Part shown: piece by piece, positions 45,033 through 46,911 of the stretch
Layout: every line of letters starts with the position of its first letter
Position numbering within the stretch: position 1 is the first letter of the stretch
NCBI GenBank assembly: GCA_947589635.1
Contig: CANQCC010000001.1
Coordinates: 1-46,911, forward strand
Direction of reading: 5' to 3'
Length of the DNA stretch: 46,911 nt
Source of the DNA: an uncultured Clostridia bacterium
GTDB taxonomy: Bacteria > Bacillota > Clostridia > Christensenellales > CAG-917
Made by a program: the position numbers and the translations under genes
Notes under the pieces: generated by a model
Seen by the model: the letters and a program-made list of their open reading frames with translations, nothing else
What the model was told of the DNA's origin: nothing
Databases searched by the model: none

Positions 45033-46891
45033 TTTTTATCTTCCGATCTGACAAGTTCTCTATGCTTGCAATCGTGGTTTGTGCAGACGTAGTAGGTCTT
45101 GTCCTCCCGCTTTGACACGCGCATGACTCCGCCGCAATCGGGACACAGCACGGGGGCGGGAATATCCCAGCTTATAAATTTGCATTTCGGATAATTTGAG
45201 CACCCGTAGAAGGTCTTTCCGGTTTTGGACACGCGCTTATACACGTCTCCGCCGCACATCGGGCACTTGCCGACCGTCTCCGCGATAGGCTTTATGTTCT
45301 TGCAGCGCGGATAGTTGGGGCAAGCGAGGAAAGGCCCGTATTTGCCGTGGCGCACTACCATTTTTGCGCCGCATTTGTCGCATATGACGTCGCTCTCCTC
45401 GTCGGGCAGATAGCCTCCGCCGCCCTGCCTTGCCGCTCTTTCGAGGAATTTTTGCAACCTGGGATAGAACGAGCCGATAAGCGACTGCCACTCAAGCTCC
45501 CCTTCCGCCACCTTGTCGAGCGCTCCCTCGAGGCGCGCGGTAAAGTTGAGGTTCATAATGTCGGGGAAATTCTTCTCCATATATTCCTCTACCGCCTCGC
45601 CAAGCTGAGTCGGTGCGATGGCCTTCTGCTGTTTTTCGGTGTATTGCCGCTTGTCGAGCACAGAGATTATCGACGCATACGTGGACGGACGGCCTATGCC
45701 GTTTTCCTCAAGCGCCTTGACAAGCGTCGCGTCGTTGTACCTCGCGGGAGGTTTGGTGAATTTTTGCTCCGCCTTGATGTCGTCAAGGTTGAGCCACTCC
45801 TCCTCGGAGAGGTCGGGCATGGTGTCAAGTTCTTTATTTTCGTCCTCTTCCTTGTCTTCTGTGGCGCTGTACACGACGGTGAATCCCTTAAATTTTACGC
45901 TTCTGCCCTTGACGACGAAGCCGAGGTTTTCGCTTCCGTTTTCCGCAAGGATATGCACGCGCATCGTGTTGTATTGCGCCGCCGTCATCTGAGACGCCAA
46001 AAAGCGCTCGTAGATGAGTTTGTACAGCCTGAATGCGTCCCTGTCCATCTTGCCTTCGAGGGACTTTGGCGTGCGGCGAAGGTCGATGGGCCTTATCGCC
46101 TCGTGAGCGTCCTGCGCGTTTGCGCCCGTCTTGTAGACGTTGGGCACGCGAGGCGCATACTCCTTGCCGTAGTTTTGCGCTATAAACCCAAGCGCTATCC
46201 GCTGGAAATCGGGCGACACTCTGACGCTGTCCGTTCTTATATAGGTGATGAGCGCGTGTTGTCCTTCGCCCTCTATCTTGACGCCCTCGTACAGGGACTG
46301 AGCCACGCGGCTTGTGCGCTCCGCGCTCATTCCAAGTTTATGGCTTGCCTCCTGCTGCATCGTGGAAGTCGTGAACGGAGGCTGAGGCTTTGACGAGGTC
46401 ACGCTCTTTTTGATGTCGTCCACGCGGTATCTCGCCGTGCGCATAAACGACGTAATCTCGCCCGCCTCGCTCTCGTTGCAGACCTTTATCTTTTTGCCGT
46501 TGCTCTCCACAAGAGTCGCGGAGATTATATTTGATTTTATTTTTCTCGCGCCGATCTTGAGAAGCAATGCGTTTATCGTCCAATACTCTTCGGGGACGAA
46601 GGCGCGGATCTCCTTCTCGCGATCCACAATCATCTTGAGGGCCGCGGATTGCACTCGCCCCGCGGAAAGTCCGGAGCGGAGCTTGCGCGAAAGTATGGGA
46701 GATATCTTATAGCCCACAAGTCTGTCGAGCACTCTGCGCGCCTGTTGCGCGTTGACAAGGTTCATGTCCACCGCGCGCGGGTTTTTGATGGCGTTTTGCA
46801 CGGCGGAATGCTGCGGCGCCGAGGTGGTACAGTTTGTAGCGGCGCGCACCGGCGGCACGCTGCGGCTGGGCCCGGCGACGCTGTACACCAT
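45029..46891 (-). CDS. topA: DNA topoisomerase I lacking its N-terminal Toprim domain (5'-truncated or disrupted at the window end)
   Basis: Homology is clear from about residue 29 (coordinate ~46807) onward: SAVQNAIKNPRAVDMNLVNAQQARRVLDRLVGYKISP..., with the active-site region and three C-terminal Zn ribbons. The 28 codons upstream (46808-46891) show no TopA similarity in any frame. Confidence 0.85.
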   Translation of the reverse strand: MVYSVAGPSRSVPPVRAATNCTTSAPQHSAVQNAIKNPRAVDMNLVNAQQARRVLDRLVGYKISPILSRKLRSGLSAGRVQSAALKMIVDREKEIRAFVPEEYWTINALLLKIGARKIKSNIISATLVESNGKKIKVCNESEAGEITSFMRTARYRVDDIKKSVTSSKPQPPFTTSTMQQEASHKLGMSAERTSRVAQSLYEGVKIEGEGQHALITYIRTDSVRVSPDFQRIALGFIAQNYGKEYAPRVPNVYKTGANAQDAHEAIRPIDLRRTPKSLEGKMDRDAFRLYKLIYERFLASQMTAAQYNTMRVHILAENGSENLGFVVKGRSVKFKGFTVVYSATEDKEEDENKELDTMPDLSEEEWLNLDDIKAEQKFTKPPARYNDATLVKALEENGIGRPSTYASIISVLDKRQYTEKQQKAIAPTQLGEAVEEYMEKNFPDIMNLNFTARLEGALDKVAEGELEWQSLIGSFYPRLQKFLERAARQGGGGYLPDEESDVICDKCGAKMVVRHGKYGPFLACPNYPRCKNIKPIAETVGKCPMCGGDVYKRVSKTGKTFYGCSNYPKCKFISWDIPAPVLCPDCGGVMRVSKREDKTYYVCTNHDCKHRELVRSEDKK

Positions 46892-46911
46892 CTTGGCGAA
46901 GTTTGAGGAGG
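46764..46911 (+). CDS. possible PadR-like winged-helix regulator, N-terminal part (runs off the window)
   Basis: The plus frame reads MSTARGFLMAFCTAECCGAEVVQFVAARTGGTLRLGPATLYTILAKFEE. The segment TGG.L.LGP.TLY..L...EE matches the PadR recognition-helix/wing pattern as I recall it. The first ~15 codons are antisense to topA, so the true start is unclear. Confidence 0.35.
   Translation, partial: MSTARGFLMAFCTAECCGAEVVQFVAARTGGTLRLGPATLYTILAKFEE

Overview
This 46.9 kb window is a moderately GC-rich (by eye), Clostridia-like Firmicutes chromosomal segment, probably a whole contig. It is densely packed, mostly on the minus strand, with recognisable housekeeping genes. In coordinate order they are: ftsY (partial), smc, rnc, plsX, rpmF, ackA, pta, tmcAL, ylbJ, an RluA-family pseudouridine synthase, an rRNA-type methyltransferase, ileS (split by a frameshift), tRNA-Gly(CCC), an ABC-2 exporter pair, a Bacillus-type long SRP RNA that the ORF track covers with spurious ORFs, an OYE/FAD oxidoreductase, folD, guaB, obg, nfnAB-like oxidoreductase, nth, a DUF3343 plus cysteine-desulfurase pair, an S8 peptidase, trxA, an RseC-like protein, hisS, hslVU, trmFO and topA. 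I saw no transposase, integrase, CRISPR array or rRNA. The only stretch I cannot assign to any family is a co-directional block of four genes between obg and guaB (25315-31192, minus strand). It encodes two membrane proteins, a 216-aa acidic protein, and an 804-aa protein with BspA-type LRR, Sel1-like repeats and an E/R/K-rich helix. No recognisable enzymatic domain is present, and a repeated TCGGATAT motif lies upstream. This block is my best candidate for an undescribed system. Other points worth a second look: a 1-nt frame disruption in the only ileS copy visible here; loss of topA homology about 100 nt before the window end, where the opposite strand reads PadR-like (probable contig-end chimera or rearrangement); an in-frame TAG in the RseC-like gene followed by 44 more codons of the same acidic composition; several short tandem repeats; and operator-like motif arrays. 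All promoter, terminator and motif calls were made by eye. No database search or computation was run.
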